Source: Gammaproteobacteria bacterium
GTDB lineage: Bacteria > Pseudomonadota > Gammaproteobacteria > Steroidobacterales > Foliamicaceae
Assembly (NCBI GenBank): GCA_965213995.1
Contig: OZ243929.1
Location: 1,807-65,806, forward strand
Direction: 5' to 3'
Length of the DNA: 64,000 bases
Both the position numbers and the translations under genes were made by a program. Shown here one piece after another: positions 62,369 to 64,000 of the stretch. Below the pieces are notes generated by a model that did no database searches, was not told where the DNA came from, and saw only the letters and a list, made by a program, of their open reading frames with translations. Every line of letters begins with the position of its first letter. Position 1 is the first letter of the stretch.

Positions 62369-63940
62369 ATGAGCCAGAAGATTCTTCAGGAGCTGTCCGT
62401 CCTTTTAGGCGGCGAGCATGTGGTGACGGACGATGCCGAGCGCCGCTACTTCGCCATGGACGTTTACAACGCGCGCGAAGTGCCGCTGGCGGTTATCCGC
62501 CCCGGCACGGTGGAGGAATTGCAGCAAGCGGCCCGCATCGCTTTGCGCGGCGGCTTGGCTCTGGTGCCCCGCGGCGGCGGCGCGTCCTACACCGACGGCT
62601 ATCTGCCGGCCACGGCGCATTCGCTGCTGGTTGATACCTCGCGGCTGAACCGCATTATCGAAATCAATGCCACCGACATGTACGTGACCGTGGAGCCGGC
62701 GGTCACTTGGGAGCGCCTCAACGCGGCCTTGGCCAAGCAGAAGCTGCGCACTCCGTTCTGGGGGCCTTTTTCAGGGTTGAAGGCCACGGTGGGCGGATCC
62801 ACCTCGCAGAACTCGGCGAGCCTGGGCACCGGCAACCACGGCCTTTCCGCGGAATCGGTGCTGTCGTTCGATGTGGTTTTGGGTAACGGCGAGCTGCTGC
62901 GCACAGGATCCGCATCGATCAGCACGTCCACGCCGTTTTTCCGCTGGTACGGCCCCGATCTGACCGGCCTGTTTACAGGAGACACGGGCGCTATGGGGAT
63001 CAAGGCCCGCATCACGCTGCGCTTGATCCGGCGGCCGCCCAAAACCGGCACGGCTTCGTTCGGCTTCGATTCATTCGGCGGCATGGCCGCCGGGATGTCG
63101 GCAGTGGCGCGCCTGGGCGTGGTGGCGGACAACTACGGACTCGATCCCAAGCTGCAGCAGGGGCAGCTCACTAAAACCAATACTTCCGATGCCGCGCGGG
63201 CGGTATGGAACGTGGCCCGCGATTCCTCCAATCCGCTGGAGGTGGCCAGCCGGTTGGCCCGCATGGCGCTGGCCGGAAAGCGTTTCTTCGGCGGTTTCAG
63301 CCACTCCGTGCATTATGTGGTGGAAGGGCACAGCGCCGCGGAAGTGAAAACCAAGCTCAAGCTCGTTCGCGAAACCATGCGCCCGCACGGAACGGAAATA
63401 GCCAATACCGTGCCCACGGTGCTGCGGTCCATGCCCTTTATCCCCATGTACTCCGTTTTGGGCGTGAAGGGCGAGCGCTGGGTGCCGATGCACGGGATCA
63501 TGCCGTTTTCCCGGGTGGCTGAATTCCGCCGCCGGCTCGTGGACCTGTACGAAGAAAACGCAAGCCGCATGAAGGAACTGCGCGTCGATAAGGGCGCGAT
63601 GTTCATGACCGTCAGCTCCAATGCGTTCCTGTACGAACCGGTGTTCTACTGGGAGGACAGCCAGACGGCGTTCCACAAGCGCTTCATGCCGCAGGACTAC
63701 CTCAAGACGCTGCCCGAGCACGACGAGAACCCCGAGGGCCGGGCGCTGGTGGCGGAATTGCGCCGGAAGATTCTGGATATTTTCTGGGAGGTGGGCGCGA
63801 TCCATCTGCAAGTGGGCAAGACCTATCCGTATTTGCGCGGCAGGCAGCCGGAAGCAGAAAGGCTGCTGCGGGCATTCAAGGACGGCGTGGACCCCAATAA
63901 CCTGATGAATCCCGGCGCCTTGGGCCTGGGCTTTCCTTGA
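62369..63940 (+). CDS. FAD-binding oxidoreductase (FAD_binding_4 / GlcD-like)
   Basis: 523 aa with the N-terminal FAD-binding pattern VIRPGTVEELQQAARIALRGGLALVPRGGGASYTDG and the C-terminal DPNNLMNPG. Confidence 0.85.
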   Translation: MSQKILQELSVLLGGEHVVTDDAERRYFAMDVYNAREVPLAVIRPGTVEELQQAARIALRGGLALVPRGGGASYTDGYLPATAHSLLVDTSRLNRIIEINATDMYVTVEPAVTWERLNAALAKQKLRTPFWGPFSGLKATVGGSTSQNSASLGTGNHGLSAESVLSFDVVLGNGELLRTGSASISTSTPFFRWYGPDLTGLFTGDTGAMGIKARITLRLIRRPPKTGTASFGFDSFGGMAAGMSAVARLGVVADNYGLDPKLQQGQLTKTNTSDAARAVWNVARDSSNPLEVASRLARMALAGKRFFGGFSHSVHYVVEGHSAAEVKTKLKLVRETMRPHGTEIANTVPTVLRSMPFIPMYSVLGVKGERWVPMHGIMPFSRVAEFRRRLVDLYEENASRMKELRVDKGAMFMTVSSNAFLYEPVFYWEDSQTAFHKRFMPQDYLKTLPEHDENPEGRALVAELRRKILDIFWEVGAIHLQVGKTYPYLRGRQPEAERLLRAFKDGVDPNNLMNPGALGLGFP

Positions 63941-64000
63941 GTTTGCGCGCGGTCCGCCTTCATGGCGAATGGCGGCGTCAAAATTTTTGCGGCGCTTGTC

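Overview
This is a 64-kb window of a high-G+C chromosome (roughly 60-65% by eye, not computed). The gene order looks gammaproteobacterial (inference): DUF1820-purL, glyA-ribD-ribE-ribBA-ribH-nusB-thiL-pgpA, xerD, moaA, porin-amtB, nadA-nrtR, tRNA-Val, lhr. I support about 58 protein genes, 1 tRNA, 1 gene fragment and several non-coding elements.

Notable coding content:
- Two paralogous TonB2/Ttp-type energy-transduction clusters (455-5679 and 38366-43874).
- A divergent catabolic cluster: VOC-like, isochorismatase-like and CaiB-type CoA-transferase genes facing HMG-CoA-lyase-like and hydantoinase A/B genes.
- A small lower-G+C islet with a wHTH-like ORF, an NYN-domain gene and vapBC.
- cysD-like/cysC without cysN, plus fhs and feoAB with a Fur box.
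- A REC-PP2C / RsbW-like / STAS partner-switching module tied to a binding-protein/histidine-kinase pair.

The most unusual signal is non-coding. It is a family of intergenic long-stem hairpins at 7633-7739, 7774-7883, 23988-24069, 56531-56636 (nested inside 56480-56712) and 57901-58128. They share a homologous core loop of about 48-49 nt, but each has its own perfectly complementary stems, and an inner hairpin also covaries.

Other points worth a second look:
- An orphan promoter / leaderless 36-codon ORF / terminator unit at 30-240 on the minus strand.
- An extreme AT-rich palindrome across the pgpA stop, next to a truncated acetoacetyl-CoA synthetase fragment.
- A 62-nt identical tract between the tandem exbD paralogs.
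- Two AT-rich motifs repeated in promoter-like positions.

No CRISPR array, rRNA, transposase or integrase gene was seen. Many long ORFs in the track are antisense shadow ORFs typical of high-G+C DNA and were rejected. All functional calls rest on motif recognition by eye; no database search was possible.
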